Of a stretch of 64,000 nt of DNA, positions 1 through 16,345 are shown piece by piece. The DNA lies in NCBI RefSeq assembly GCF_009914755.1, contig NC_060926.1. One strand, 5' to 3'. A program made the translations under genes and the position numbers. A model generated the notes under the pieces. The model ran no database searches, was not told the origin of the DNA, and was given only the letters and a program-made list of their open reading frames with translations. The stretch is from the human T2T-CHM13v2.0 reference genome, Homo sapiens. Each line of letters starts with the position of its first letter. Positions within the stretch are counted from its first letter, which is position 1.

Positions 1-2033
1 CATGTTTTTGCAGTGGCTGGTACTGGTTGTTCCTTTCCATGTTTAGTGCCTCCTTCAGGAGCTCTTGTAAGGCAGGCCTGGTGGTGACAAAATCCCCCAG
101 CATTTGCTTGTCTGTAAAGTATTTTATTTCTCCTTCACTTATGAAGCTTAGTTTGGCGGGACATGAAATTCTGGGTTGAAAGTTCTTTTCTTTAAGAATG
201 TTGAATATTGGCCCCCACTCTCTGCTGGCTTGTAGAGTTTCTGCCGAGAGATCCACTGTTAGTCTGATGGGCTTCCTTTTGAAGGTAACCTGACCTTTCT
301 TTCTGGCTGCCCTTAACATGTTTTCCTTCATTTCAACCTCAGTGAATCTGATAATTATGTGTCTTGGGGTTGCTCTTCTTGAGGAGTACCTTTGTGGTGT
401 TCTCTGTATTTCCTGAATTGGAATATTGGCCTGCCTTGCTAGGTTGGGGAAGTTCTCCTGGATAATATCCTGAAGAGTGTTTTCTAACTTGGTTCCATTC
501 TCCCCATCACTTCCAGGTACACCAATCAAACGTAAATTCGGTCTTTTCACATAGTCCCATATTTCTTGGAGGTTTTGTTCATTTCTTTTTACTCCTTTTT
601 CTCTAAACTTCTCTTCTCATTTCATTTCATTAATTTGATCTTCAATCACTGATACCCTTTCTTCCACTTGATCAAATTGGCTACTGAAGCTTGTGCATGC
701 ATCATGTAGTTCTTGTGCCGTGGTTTTCAGCTCCATCAGGTCGTTTAAGGTCTTCTCTACACTGTTTATTCTAGTTAGCCATTTGTCTAATGTTTTTTCA
801 AGGTTTTTAGCTTCCTTGCGATGGGTTCAAACATCCTCCTTTAGCTCAGAGAAGTTCATTATTACCGACCTTCTGAAGCCTACTTCTGTCAACTCGATAA
901 AGTCAATCTCCATCCAGCTTTGTTCTGTTGCTGGTGAGGAGCTGCGTTCCTTTGGAGGAGAAGAGGCACTCTGGTTTTTAGAATTTTCACCTTTTCTGCT
1001 CTGGTTTCTCCCTATCTTTGTGGTTTTATCTACCTTTGGTCTTTGATGTTGGCGACCTACAGATGGGGTTTTGTTGTAGATGACCTTTTTGTTGATTTTG
1101 ATGCTATTCCTTTCTGTTTGTTAGTTTTCCTTCTATCAGTCAGGTCCCTCAGCTGCAGGTCTGTTCGAGTCTGCTGGAGGTCCACTCCAGACCCTGTTTT
1201 CCTGGTTATCACTAGTGGAGGCTGCAGAACAGCAAATATTGCTGCCTGATCCTTCCTCTGGAAGCTTCGTCTCAGAGGGGCACCCAGCTCTATGTGGTGT
1301 CAGTCAGCCCGTACTGGGAGGTGTTTCCCAGTTAGGCTACACGGGGGTTAGGGACCCACTTGAGGAGGCAGTCTGTCTGTTCTCAGAGCTCAAACACCAT
1401 GCTGGGAGAACCACTACTCTCTTCAGAGCTGTCAGACAGGGACTTTTAAGTCTGCAGAAGTTTCTGCTGCCTTTTGTTCAGCTATGCCCTGCCCCCAGAG
1501 GTAGAGTCTACAGAGGCCGGCAGGCCTCCTTGAGCTGCGGTGGGCTCCACCCAGTTTGAGCTTCCCAGTGGCTTTGTTTACCTACTCAAGCTTCAGCAAT
1601 GGCGGATGCCGCTCCCCCAGCCAGGCTGCCACCTCACAGTTAGATCTCAGACTTCTGTGCTAGCTGTGAGCAAGGCTCCGTGGGTGTGAGACCTGCTGAG
1701 CCAGGTGCAGGATATAATCTCCTGGTGTGCCATTTGCTAAGATTGTTGGAAAAGCACAATATTTGGGCAAAAGTGCCCCCATTTTCCAGGTACAGTTGTC
1801 ATGGCTTCCCTTGGCTAGGAAAGGGAAATCCCCTGACCCCTTGTGCTTCCCAGGTGAGGTGATGCCCCACCCTGCTTTGGCTCACCCTCCATGGGCTGTA
1901 CCCACTGTCCAACCAGTCCCAGTGAGATGAACCAGGTACCTCAGTTGGAAATACAGAAATCACCCATCTTCTGGTCAATCACGCTGGGAGCTGAAGACTG
2001 GAGCTGTTCCTATTTGGCCACCTCAGAACCCCC
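1..2033 (-). mobile_element. LINE-1, older primate subfamily (L1PA6-L1PA8-like): 5'UTR plus decayed ORF1, running off the left edge
   Basis: The reverse complement starts ...GGTGGCCAAATAGGAACAGCTCC (L1 5' end). The 5'UTR is ~1020 bp with the older-type text CTCACTGGGACTGGTTGGACAGTGG. The ORF1 ATG is mutated to ATA near 1013-1015. Bases 1-1000 are antisense ORF1. Confidence 0.93.
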
Positions 2034-2379
2034 TTCCCAAATCCGCCCCATTGTTAAGGCTCCAAGGCAAATCCTACCTCCTCCAGAAAGGCCGCTCTGA
2101 TGGTCTCCATGACCTAAACCTGGACTACTAGCACTGTCTCACCTGGTTCTTGGGTTCTTCCAGATAAGTAATGCTTTCTCTCTAGCTCCATTCCAAGTCC
2201 CTAAAAGGTGGGGTCCATTACATATTACTCTTGCTAAATTCTCATTTATTGCTTAACTGCTTCAGCCTGCCATAGTCAGGTTAGGCATTTCAGAAAAGTG
2301 AATAAACAGTATGGGACCAGGAATGTGTCAAAGCAATTGGCAAAGCTGAAGTCCAGCACCATGAAGCCCCAGCCTTTTA

Positions 2380-2640
2380 TTTCAAACCGTCAAGCATTTA
2401 TAGGATGCCTACACCAGGAAAACACAGTAAAAAGTGATATGGAGCTTACAGCTTAATGGTGCAGACAGACAAGTAGGCAATCAACTAAAGCGCCTGGCAG
2501 AAAGGAATGAGGGTTAACTCAGGTATGAGATACAGGCTGTGGATATAGGAAAGGGTGATGAAGAAAGGGTAAGAGAGGGCTTCACTGTGAAAGTAGCAAC
2601 TGAGTTGAGCCATGAAAATCAGTGAGGATGTCACCAGCAA
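2380..2640 (-). mobile_element. L2 fragment
   Basis: Degenerate L2 3'-region text (AAGCATTTATAGGATGCCTAC...GGAGCTTACAGCTTAATGG...GGGCTTCACTG). Confidence 0.5.
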
Positions 2641-3834
2641 AAGCCTTCAAGGCATGTCGTTAGCTCCATTTGCAAGACTCCTTTCAGATTATCTGGGGCA
2701 GCAGGATCAGGAGCAACAGAGATTAAAGCAGGAGATCACAGGCAGTCCAGAAGGCCCTGCCCCGCTTGGCTTCAAGACCTCTGCCAATGTCTAGGCTTGA
2801 AAGAGGGCTGAGCAGCCAGAGGTCAGAGATTTATCCTGGAGGCCCACTGCCTAAGTCATTCTGGTGGTCAGCTGCAAGTTGCAATGGAAGAGGCCTTGCC
2901 CCTGGCTCCTGGGAGCATGTAAAACCAATTGTAATCAGGTTGCTATTTTCCAGAGTGTAGATTGTATCAACTAGCAGCCCTAATCTGTGAATGTCTGGAA
3001 TAGGAATGAGTGGATTAGCATTTCAAACCCTCTTGGATCAGGTCAAAGTCTTGCTGGGGCCAGTGCCCAGAGCCAGGTTGATCTACCCCTGAGGAAGGCT
3101 TGTATTTTTACATTGTTTGATCAATGGGAGGGAGATCTCTCTTCCCTTAATTGACAGTTTGTCTGGTTGCAAGACAATTTCACATTTCTCCTGGGGCTCA
3201 GGAAACCCCAGAGAGCCAAGGAGAAGAACCTATTAACTGAATTTTGGTCCACATGGAACCCCCTGCAGGGGTAAGGCCCATGACGCCAGGAACCTCAGAC
3301 TTCCCACAAGTCCTCTGATCAGTTTTTTGAAGGCAAAGCCTGTTCGATTAAAGATTATTCCACACAAAGTTGCCAAGAACGAGCTGGGGGGATTTCCACA
3401 CCTCACTTCCAACCCAGCAGAGGAATGCTGCATAACAGGATGCAGTCCTATCTTTCTCTTACAACCCAGAAGCCTGTCCTAAGGGTCTCTTCAGTCATTA
3501 CCACCGACTCCCTCTGGGCTCTTTATGGCCAAAGGCTTAAGATTTCTTACGTGCTTATGAGTGTGAATTATAACTCCTTCCCACACCTATCTTCCTCCCT
3601 CTCCCCACAGAGGGCAGATGAATTATACCCATATGAGAGATGAGAAGACTGAGAGCAGAGAGAGATTAAATGTGCTGGCTCATTCTAGACTCACCTTCTC
3701 TAATCAGAATTCCCATTTCCCAGAGCCAGCGTTCAAGCCACGTGAAGATTGGAGTGTGTGCTGCAGGAGAGCACGTGTTCCCAAGAGACTTGTTGGGAGG
3801 ACTGTGTATAAATCTTACCAATACAGACTCCCTT

Positions 3835-4250
3835 CTTAAAAATAACATCTTTTGTTTCTCACTGATATAAAAGTAATAAATCTCCATTGAAAAAAATGGA
3901 AAATATAGAAAAGAAGAAAATAAAGATCACTCCACAATTCAATACCCAGCGACAACAATTGTTAACATTTGGTATCCTTCAAATATTTTTGGTATGCATG
4001 AATTTCTTTTCTCCAAACTAAAGTTACACTTCAATATACTTGAGCATTCTGTTGCTTTACACATAACAGTCTCTTGCATGTCTCTGTGTTGATAACTATT
4101 ATTCTACTACGGCATTTTAAGTAACTGCATGATCCTGCACTGTGGGGATGTGTCGTAATTTATCTTACCAATCCCCATTTTTGGACATTTGAGTTGCTTC
4201 CAAATATTCTCAAATATAGATAAGGCTGTGGTGGAAATACCAGCTATATT
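3835..4250 (-). mobile_element. Ancient L1M (L1ME-like) 3' fragment
   Basis: Typical antisense L1M 3'UTR phrases: TGTTAACATTTGGTAT and CCAATCCCCATTTTTGGACATTTGAGTTGCTTCCA. Confidence 0.6.
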
Positions 4251-4252
4251 AA

Positions 4253-4608
<356 letters not shown>

Positions 4609-4714
4609 AATTAATCTATTTTTTTATGGAAAGGGTATTCAACTGAGGCTTGGTATCTCCTTCCCTGGGTCCTTTTATAAATAGGACATATGGCCAGCAC
4701 ATTTTGATGGTACA

Positions 4715-4900
4715 GGTGGCCTCAGAAAGGGGAACACTAAACTAAGAGTTTGGAATGTGGATTCTATTACCAACTCGTAATTCACTGTGTGACCTTGAAC
4801 AAGTCACTTTATCTCTCTGAATACACTTTCCTCAACCATAAAATAAAGGGATTGGGTTAGATGACTTTAGTATTCTTTCTAGCCCTAATACCATGGTTCT
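4715..4900 (+). mobile_element. MIR
   Basis: MIR core CTGTGTGACCTTGAACAAGTCACTTTATCTCTCTGA...TTTCCTCAACCATAAAAT. Confidence 0.75.
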
Positions 4901-6287
4901 ACAATATTTTTAGAAAGACAACACTCAAAGCCAACTTAGTGAATTTTATAGGACTATCTATTATCAAAGGTCTTTTGTGTGAGTCAGAAAAGCAGTTCTC
5001 AGCCTGTGTTGGAATGCAACTGTGTGTCCCTATCAAAAATGATGCACATCACAGGCAAATTGTTCCTCATAATCATTTATGATTTGAAAATAATCTATTT
5101 TGTTTTAATAATTGAGATTCAAGATTTCCCCCATGATAAGGTCCCTGTCACTCCCACTCTGGCATGTTTTTGAGAGGGCAAGAGAACTGAGTGGATTTGG
5201 AGTTCATGTGCCCAGAAAGGCACAGCACTTGGTATATATATTATTGGGTGGACTCCTTAGGACCAATCATCATGGTTTCCAAAGAGCCATAAAAGGGCAT
5301 TACTGCTCCTGCCCACCCGCTTCACCCTCATTCCCAGGGGAAAGCAGACCAATTGACTCCATCTGAGAGACGAGGAGCCTGAAATAAAAATGTTTCTTCT
5401 CTAGACAACAATAAAAGAGACTCTCATGGTTCAGGCTCCTGGGCCTAAGCCTGCAGCACTCGTCTAACCTCAGCCCTTTGCTGCCTGATCTGGGCATGCC
5501 CGTGGCAGTACCTTGCACAACGCTGGGGAAACTGGTGGTCACATCCACTGGGCAACAGGATCACCACTACCCTGTGAGAAAGGGGCTCCTCAGGGGAGCC
5601 GGTGAATAGACTGGACCCCAAGGGAAAACAGGGTGTGGACCAGCAGAGAGGAGAAGGGAAAAGAAATTCCCTGCAGGGTGAGCCAAAACCTCTGGGATCT
5701 GCATTCCTTCCCCATGGGCTCTCACCCAGTGCCATGCAGCCCTCGTCGGGCAGCCTGGGTTTCAGGGGCTGTCCCTGGCTCTGCCTCCATTTTCTCAGGC
5801 AACTACCAACAAAGTGGCCACTTGGCTCACATCCAAACTTGTCTCTGCTTACAGCAATCACATTCACTGTGTCGGGGAGGGGGTCATCTCCTTGAAGTTC
5901 TCGGTAGGCTCTGTGCCTGAGGGGCTCCCACCCTGTCTTTGAAATATGCAAGGGACACGAAGGCCAACATGAAGCTCATCTTCACTCCTGTGTCAGGAAA
6001 CTATTCCTGAAGGGTACAGCCTCTGGTGAATCATCCCCTCCAAGCCAGTGAGTATAGAGTGTAGTTTATCCCTAGCTGAGAATGCAATACAGAACAAACT
6101 AAGAGAATTGGCAGTAACAACCAAGAGCAAGAAAAGGCCTCCGGTGCAGAATGACACAGACTGACTCAAACACTCAAAATTACTACCAGGGCCATGTTCC
6201 CAGAGGGAGCTCAGCTTAGGAGGGAGAAAAATTCAGTCAATCCCAAAGTAGCCATAAATAGATGGATATATATCCATATATATCCAG

Positions 6288-6294
<7 letters not shown>

Positions 6295-6335
<41 letters not shown>

Positions 6336-6361
6336 CTGGAGACAGAGAAAGAGAGAGAGAG
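6295..6361. repeat. (TG)19 microsatellite followed by a short (GA)n
   Basis: Read directly from the sequence. Confidence 0.95.
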
Positions 6362-6477
6362 TGAGAGTAGTGGGCAGGGGAAAAGAGCAAGATTTTTCTG
6401 TCCAGGGACTGCCACCCTCATTCAAAGCCCAGCTCTTGTTGGCTAGTCCAGAGACCTGAGATTCTGTAAGGCTACAT

Positions 6478-6666
6478 TCCTCCTCCCTGTCCTCCTCCCC
6501 CCGCTCCTCCTCCCTCCTCTTCCTCCCCCCTCCCCCCTCCCCCTCCTTCTCCTCCTCTTCTCCCTCCTCCTCTTCCCCCTCCTCCTCTTCCCCCTCCTCC
6601 TCTTCCCCCTCTTCCTCTTCCCCCTCCTCCTCTTCCCCCTCCTCCTCCCCCCTCTCTCCTCCTCCA
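6478..6666. repeat. Polypyrimidine/polypurine tract containing a 15-bp minisatellite (CCTCCTCTTCCCCCT, ~6.5 copies, 6551-6650)
   Basis: About 190 bp almost entirely C/T. The 15-bp period is visible from 6551. Confidence 0.9.
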
Positions 6667-7785
6667 GAAGCTGGGTGACCCCAGGAAGTTCCCTGATCCT
6701 TTCTGAAGGACCTGGATACTTGAGAAAGAATAACTCATGGTTGGCCAGCCAAAGATTAGGAAGACTTTGAGGCAACTATCGGTGGAAGTTAGATTAGTCC
6801 CAGCTTTTTACCCCACTAGCCCATGTCCCAGGGAGACAACGTATGGAGGGAAGCACAGAAGACTGGGCTCTTGACTCACAGGGGAGGAGCCAAGATGGCC
6901 GAATAGGAACAGCTCCTGTCTACAGCTCCCAGCGTGAGCGACGCAGAAGACGGGTGATTTCTGCATTTCCATCTGAGGTACCAGGTTCATCTCACTAGGG
7001 AGTGCCAGACAGTGGGCGCAGGCCAGTGGGTGCGCGCACCTTGCGCGAGCCGAAGCAGGGCGAGGCATTGCCTCACCTGGGAAGCGCAAGGGGTCAGGGA
7101 GTTCCCTTTCCTAGTCAAAGAAAGGGGTGACGGACTCACCTGGAAAATCGGGTCACTCCCACCCGAATATTGCCCTTTTCAGACCGGCTTAAAAAACGGC
7201 GCACCACGAGACTATATCCCACACCTGGCTCGGAGGGTCCTACACCCACGGAATCTCACTGATTGCTAGCACAGCAGTCTGAGATCAAACTGCAAGGCGG
7301 CAGCGAGGCTGGGGGAGGGGCGCCCGCCATTGCCCAGGCTTGCTTAGGTAAACAAAGCAGCCAGGAAGCTCGAACTGGGTGGAGCCCACCACAGCTCAAG
7401 GAGGCCTGCCTGCCTCTGTAGGCTCCACCTCTGGGGGCAGGGCACAGACAAACAAAAAGACAGCAGTAACCTCTGCAGACTTAAATGTCCCTGTCTGACA
7501 GCTTTGAAGAGAGCAGTGGTTCTCCCAGCATGCAGCTGGAAATCTGAGAATCGGCAGACTGCCTCCTCAAGTGGGTCCCTGACCCCTGACCCCCGAGCAG
7601 CCTAACTGGGAGGCACCCCCCAGCAGGGGCACACTGACACCTCACACGGCAGGGTATTCCAACAGACCTGCAGCTGAGGGTCCTGTCTGTTAGAAGGAAA
7701 ACTAACAAACAGAAAGGACATCCACACTGAAAACCCATCTGTACATCACCATCATCAAAGACCAAAAGTAGATAAAACCACAAAG

Positions 7786-8802
7786 ATGGGGAAAAAACAG
7801 AACAGAAAAACTGGAAACTCTAAAACGCAGAGCGCCTCTCCTCCTCCAAAGGAACGCAGTTCCTCACCAGCAATGGAACAAAGCTGGATGGAGAATGACT
7901 TTGACAAGCTGAGAGAAGAAGGCTTCAGACGATCAAATTACTCTGAGCTACGGGAGGACATTCAAACCAAAGGCAAAGAAGTTGAAAACTTTGAAAAAAA
8001 TTTAGAAGAATGTATAACTAGAATAATCAATACAGAGAAGTGCTTAAAGGAGCTGATGGAGCTGAAAACCAAGGCTCGAGAACTACGTGAAGAATGCAGA
8101 AGCCTCAGGAGCCGATGCGATCAACTGGAAGAAAGGGTATCAGCGATGGAAGATGAAATGAATGAAATGAAGCGAGAAGGGAAGTTTAGAGAAAAAAGAA
8201 TAAAAAGAAATGAGCAAAGCCTCCAAGAAATATGGGACTATGTGAAAAGACCAAATCTACGTCTGATTAGTGTACCTGAAAGTGATGGGGAGAATGGAAC
8301 CAAGTTGGAAAACACTCTGCAGGATATTATCCAGGAGAACTTCCCCAATCTAGCAAGGCAGGCCAACGTTCAGATTTAGGAAATACAGAGAATGCCACAA
8401 AGATACTCCTCAAGAAGAGCAACTCCAAGACACATAATTGTCAGATTCACCAAAGTTGAAATGAAGGAAAAAATGTTAAGGGCAGCCAGAGAGAAAGGTC
8501 AGGTTACCCTCAAAGGGAAGCCCATCAGACTAACAGCGGATCTCTCAGCAGAAACCCTACAAGCCAGAAGAGAGTGGGGGCCAATATTCAACATTCTTAA
8601 AGAAAAGAATTTTCAACCCAGAATTTCATATCCAGCCAAACTAAGCTTCATAAGTGAAGGAGAAATAAAATACTTTACAGACAAGCAAATGCTGAGAAAT
8701 TTTGTCACCACCAGGCCTGCCCTAAAAGAGCTCCTGAAGGAAGCACTAAACATGGAAAGGAACAATCAGTACCAGCCGCTGCAAAATCATGCCAAAATGT
8801 AA
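7786..8802 (+). pseudogene. L1 ORF1p, disrupted by a premature TAG at 8377
   Basis: MGKKQNRKTGNSK...QNHAKM is split into 197 aa and 136 aa ORFs in the same frame. Confidence 0.93.
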
Positions 8803-8865
8803 AGACCATCAAGACTAGGAAGAATCTGCATCAACTAACGAGCAAAATCACCAGCTAACATCATC

Positions 8866-12694
<3,829 letters not shown>

Positions 12695-13659
12695 ACAATG
12701 AGATCACACGGACACAGGAAGGGGGATATCACACTCTGGGGACTGTGGTGGGGTGGGGGGAGGGGGCAGGGATAGCATTGGGAGATATACCTAATGCTAG
12801 ATGACGAGTTAGTGGGTGCAGCGCACCAGCATGGCACATGTATACATATGTAAGTAACCTGCACAATGTGCACATGTACCCTAAAACTTAAAGTATAATA
12901 AAAAAAATAAAAAAAAAGAACAGGAAAAAAAAAAACAACAACAACAACAAAAAAAAAAGAAGACTGGGCTCTTGTTGAACTTCTAGCAGGAACCCGCTAT
13001 GGGACTTGGGGACCACGGAGCTTCAGCCACCTCAGTCCTCTTGCCTCTCAGTCTGGGGATTTCAATACACGCCCAGCCCCTCTTGCCAGGTTCTCATGAG
13101 GCTGTGTGGGAATAGATCCAGTTCAGCCAGCACGGAGTCTCCTTCCACGGGATGCTCCTGGAGTACAGACGTGGGGACTGTAGGGTCCCCACCTGGCATT
13201 CCAATAGAGGTAACCCTTGTGTGAGCCAACAAGTTACAATGTAAGGCAACAAGCTTTTGCACCTGCAAAAGCAAGAAAGGATACGAATGAGGGAAAAAAA
13301 GAAAAAGACAAAATGCCTATGTACAAGGAACGCAGATGTATTGAAGCACAGGCTTCATTCTGGGGAGGCCAAACAAGGCTCTGTGGGAGAGCAAGACCTG
13401 GACTGGCTGCAGGTGGAACATGGAAGGGCATTCCAGCTAGAAAGAAATGTGTCTGCGAAAGCCCAAATGTGGGGTCTGTGGAGAATCCAAATCCCTTTTC
13501 CCAACAGTACCTCCCAGTCTGCAGTGCTTCACAGGCTCAAAGGGTGCTCACATGTTTTCCATTTTAGTCTTCAAAATTCTGTGAAGTAAGTGATTCCTCA
13601 TTTCACAGGAACTGAACTTGTCAAAACTTAAACATTCATTGAGCACCAACTACATGATA

Positions 13660-14105
13660 GGCAGAAAAGCATAGTGGTCAGTAGCTCATTCACCAATTAC
13701 ATTGCCCAGCTCCTCGTTCACTAGCTACATGACTGAGGCAAGGCATTTACCCCCCAGGGCCTCACGTTTTGCACGTGCAAAATGAAAACAATAATTGTCT
13801 GACCTCATTGGGTTGTTCTGAGAATTAATTGAGATAACCAAGAGATAATGCAGAGAATTCAATGAAAGCATATAGTGTTCAGATTGGTGTCCAGCACATA
13901 CAAAACAACTGCTCAATTAACATTGGTGAGATAATTAGCACATAGTAGTTGAGTATAAGACCTGCTAGCTGCTGTGTGATCTTGGGCAATTTTGTGTGAT
14001 CTAATGCCCTTGGTCTTTCTGAACTTCAGTTTTCCTGTCTGTAGAACAACCTGGTTGGATTAGGTCATCTCTGAATTTCCCATCAGCTCTAACATTCTGT
14101 AATTC
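13660..14105 (+). mobile_element. Two adjacent MIR fragments
   Basis: AGCATAGTGGTCAGTAGC...GTTGTTCTGAGAATTAATTGAGATAA, then CTGTGTGATCTTGGGCAA...CAGTTTTCCTGTCTGTA. Confidence 0.7.
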
Positions 14106-14339
14106 TAAACAGATCAAAGCCTGTTATAAAGCATCTCAAATATAATCCTTCAACAAAATATTTCTGAACACTCTCTACCTGCCCAGCACTGTCCTGGAAA
14201 CAGAGAAATTCCCTCAAGGACCACAGAGTTTGAAGGGGTAGACAGACATGTCAATGGATATTATGTTGCAATGGAATGTGTATCTATGGAGGTCTCAGAT
14301 TGAGTTATGCAGTGGGGCAGAGCTTGCCCCAAGCTTCCA

Positions 14340-14524
14340 TGGCTCTCCAAGCAGGGTCCCTGAAACAGCAAAATCAGCATCGCCTGGGAGCTTGTTAGAG
14401 ATGAAGATCACCAGGCCCACCTCAGGCCTATGGAATCAGAAAGTCTGAAAGCGGGGCCCAGAAATCTGAGTTTTAACAAACCATCTAGGCAACTTGGACA
14501 CAAGCTAAAGTATGAGAACTGCTG
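14340..14524. mobile_element. MER5A-like hAT-Charlie DNA transposon relic
   Basis: CAGCATCGCCTGGGAGCTTGTTAGAGATG...GAATCAGAAAGTCTG...GGGCCCAGAAATCTGAGTTTTAACAA...AAAGTATGAGAACTGCTG. Confidence 0.8.
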
Positions 14525-16265
14525 CTGTAGAACTACAGAGGAAGTCTCTGTGGCTAGGAGTCAGCCCTTGCTATCACTCAGCTTTCCTCATCTCAAATCA
14601 TGAAAATCTAAGCAGAGGCAGCATGGGGAAGTTCCCCCAGCCTCCCCACCATGCCGTGTTTCCTTGCCTTTGGTCTCAAAAGTGACCAGTTATAAACAAT
14701 CAGTCGGAGGCTGAGGCCAAGTCAAACCCAAGGAGAGTGCCATTTCTGCATTCCCACCCTCCATCCCTCACCAGGTGATTCCCAAGGCCCGACAATGCTA
14801 CATCCAGAAAACATTACTCCGCAGCTCCACAGAAAGGGTCTGAAAACCACATGAATTGCTGAGGAGACCAGAGGAAATGTGAGGCCGCCTTGAGGGAGAG
14901 CCCTGGAGGGAAGGGAGTGTTTGTGAGGAGCTAACAGGAGGCCCCATGTCCCCAACTTCAGGTGTTTGGTGTCTCCCAAACTCACACCTCAACAGCAGGC
15001 AGTCTCAGGCCCCCAGCCCTGGGCCTCCACCCTGGATCCTGGAAACATCAGTCTAAGAAGGCTGCCCTACCACCCTCCTTCATTCCATCCTCTGTGGTCT
15101 CCTTTGTGGGTAACTAGAAGGAACAAAGCAAAAGTGTGTGTTTGGGTTTTGTTTAAGATTGGGCAGGACATGTTTTTTTCTAACTTAGGAGAATCTTTTT
15201 TACATCTGGATAGATTTCTAACAGGCTGCAAGCCCTATCAGGAACATAGAACAATCACAAGGATCCTGGGCCCAGATAATATCCTACGCAGGCCAGGCAC
15301 ACTGTGGCAGAATGAAAGCGCTCTAGAGGTCTTCAAAGTGAAACCTTCTTCCTTCATCTCAACTCTCAAATTCTCCTGCTAATTCATTTCTTGCTTCTTC
15401 TGTTTCACAGCCTTCAAGGAAAGCCAGTGAGCACATTTCAGGCCCTTTTCTGGGCACAAGGCAGCCCCCTGGCTGATGGTTCCACACAGTGGGTTCAGGT
15501 ACTTTCATAGTGAGGCCGGGATCACCTCCCTGCCTTCCCAGCACAGTCTGACTTTCAGGAACTTCTAAACGTGGTGGCGTGGGAACCCATGGACCCCGCC
15601 GCTCTTATCTACCTGTGCCTTTCGTTCCCCTCGTCTACAATTCAGGAGAAAAGACAGAGACTAGGAAAGATAACCAAAGAGTGAATACTGAGATGACAAA
15701 GTATTAGTAAACAAAGAGAAAGAACACTTGGGGATTCAGGACTGGGAGAGGGTACCAGGTGAGAAAAGAACCTCGATTTGGCTTCCTATGCTGTGACCAA
15801 ATGGCATGGCACCACATTTTCTTTTTGAAAAGTTGATGAGTCTGTCTTTAGATTTATAGACAAAATGGTTGTTAATACAGAAAAACAGTCAATGTAAGCT
15901 TTCCCACCACCCGTTGGTGGGAAATTTTACCTTCAACATTTTACCTTTCCTCTATCCCCTGGACAACTGTTGGATGAGCTGATCTCAACCTCTAGAGAGT
16001 AAAAGTAGGCAAGGACTTTAGACCTGTGACTAAATGATCAGCTTAGGCCATTAATAACTCATTACTCCAGCCAAACAGACTGTTAAAGCCACTTTTCTAT
16101 CACCTGTCATCTGATGTCATCTTAATTCGCTTCGAATGTTTAAAGACATTTGTGTTAAAAATATGACCATCCAGCCATCTTCCCAGGCAAAGACAAAGTC
16201 TTCCCCACAGACAATTAAGGAATGACATTGTTGTTTACTAACATTATGCTCTAAATGTGAGCTAT

Positions 16266-16345
16266 CTAGGTTGGTGAAAAAGTCATTGCTGGTTTTGCCA
16301 TTGAACGTAATAGCAAAAACCACAGTTACTTTTGCATCAACCTAA
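16266..16345. mobile_element. MADE1 (Hsmar1-derived mariner MITE, 80-bp palindrome)
   Basis: TAGGTTGGTGAAAAAGTCATTGC...TTACTTTTGCATCAACCTAA matches the MADE1 inverted repeats. Confidence 0.9.

Noticed and set aside
6443-6775. Arg/Lys-rich protamine-like and Gly-rich ORFs on the minus strand
   Set aside because: They are translations of the C/T-rich 15-bp repeat, with no coding-like context.
7118-7330. Intact L1 ORF0
   Set aside because: MAGAPPPASL... stops at codon 25 (CGA>TGA) here and in the L1PA3. The older L1 stops at codon 15.
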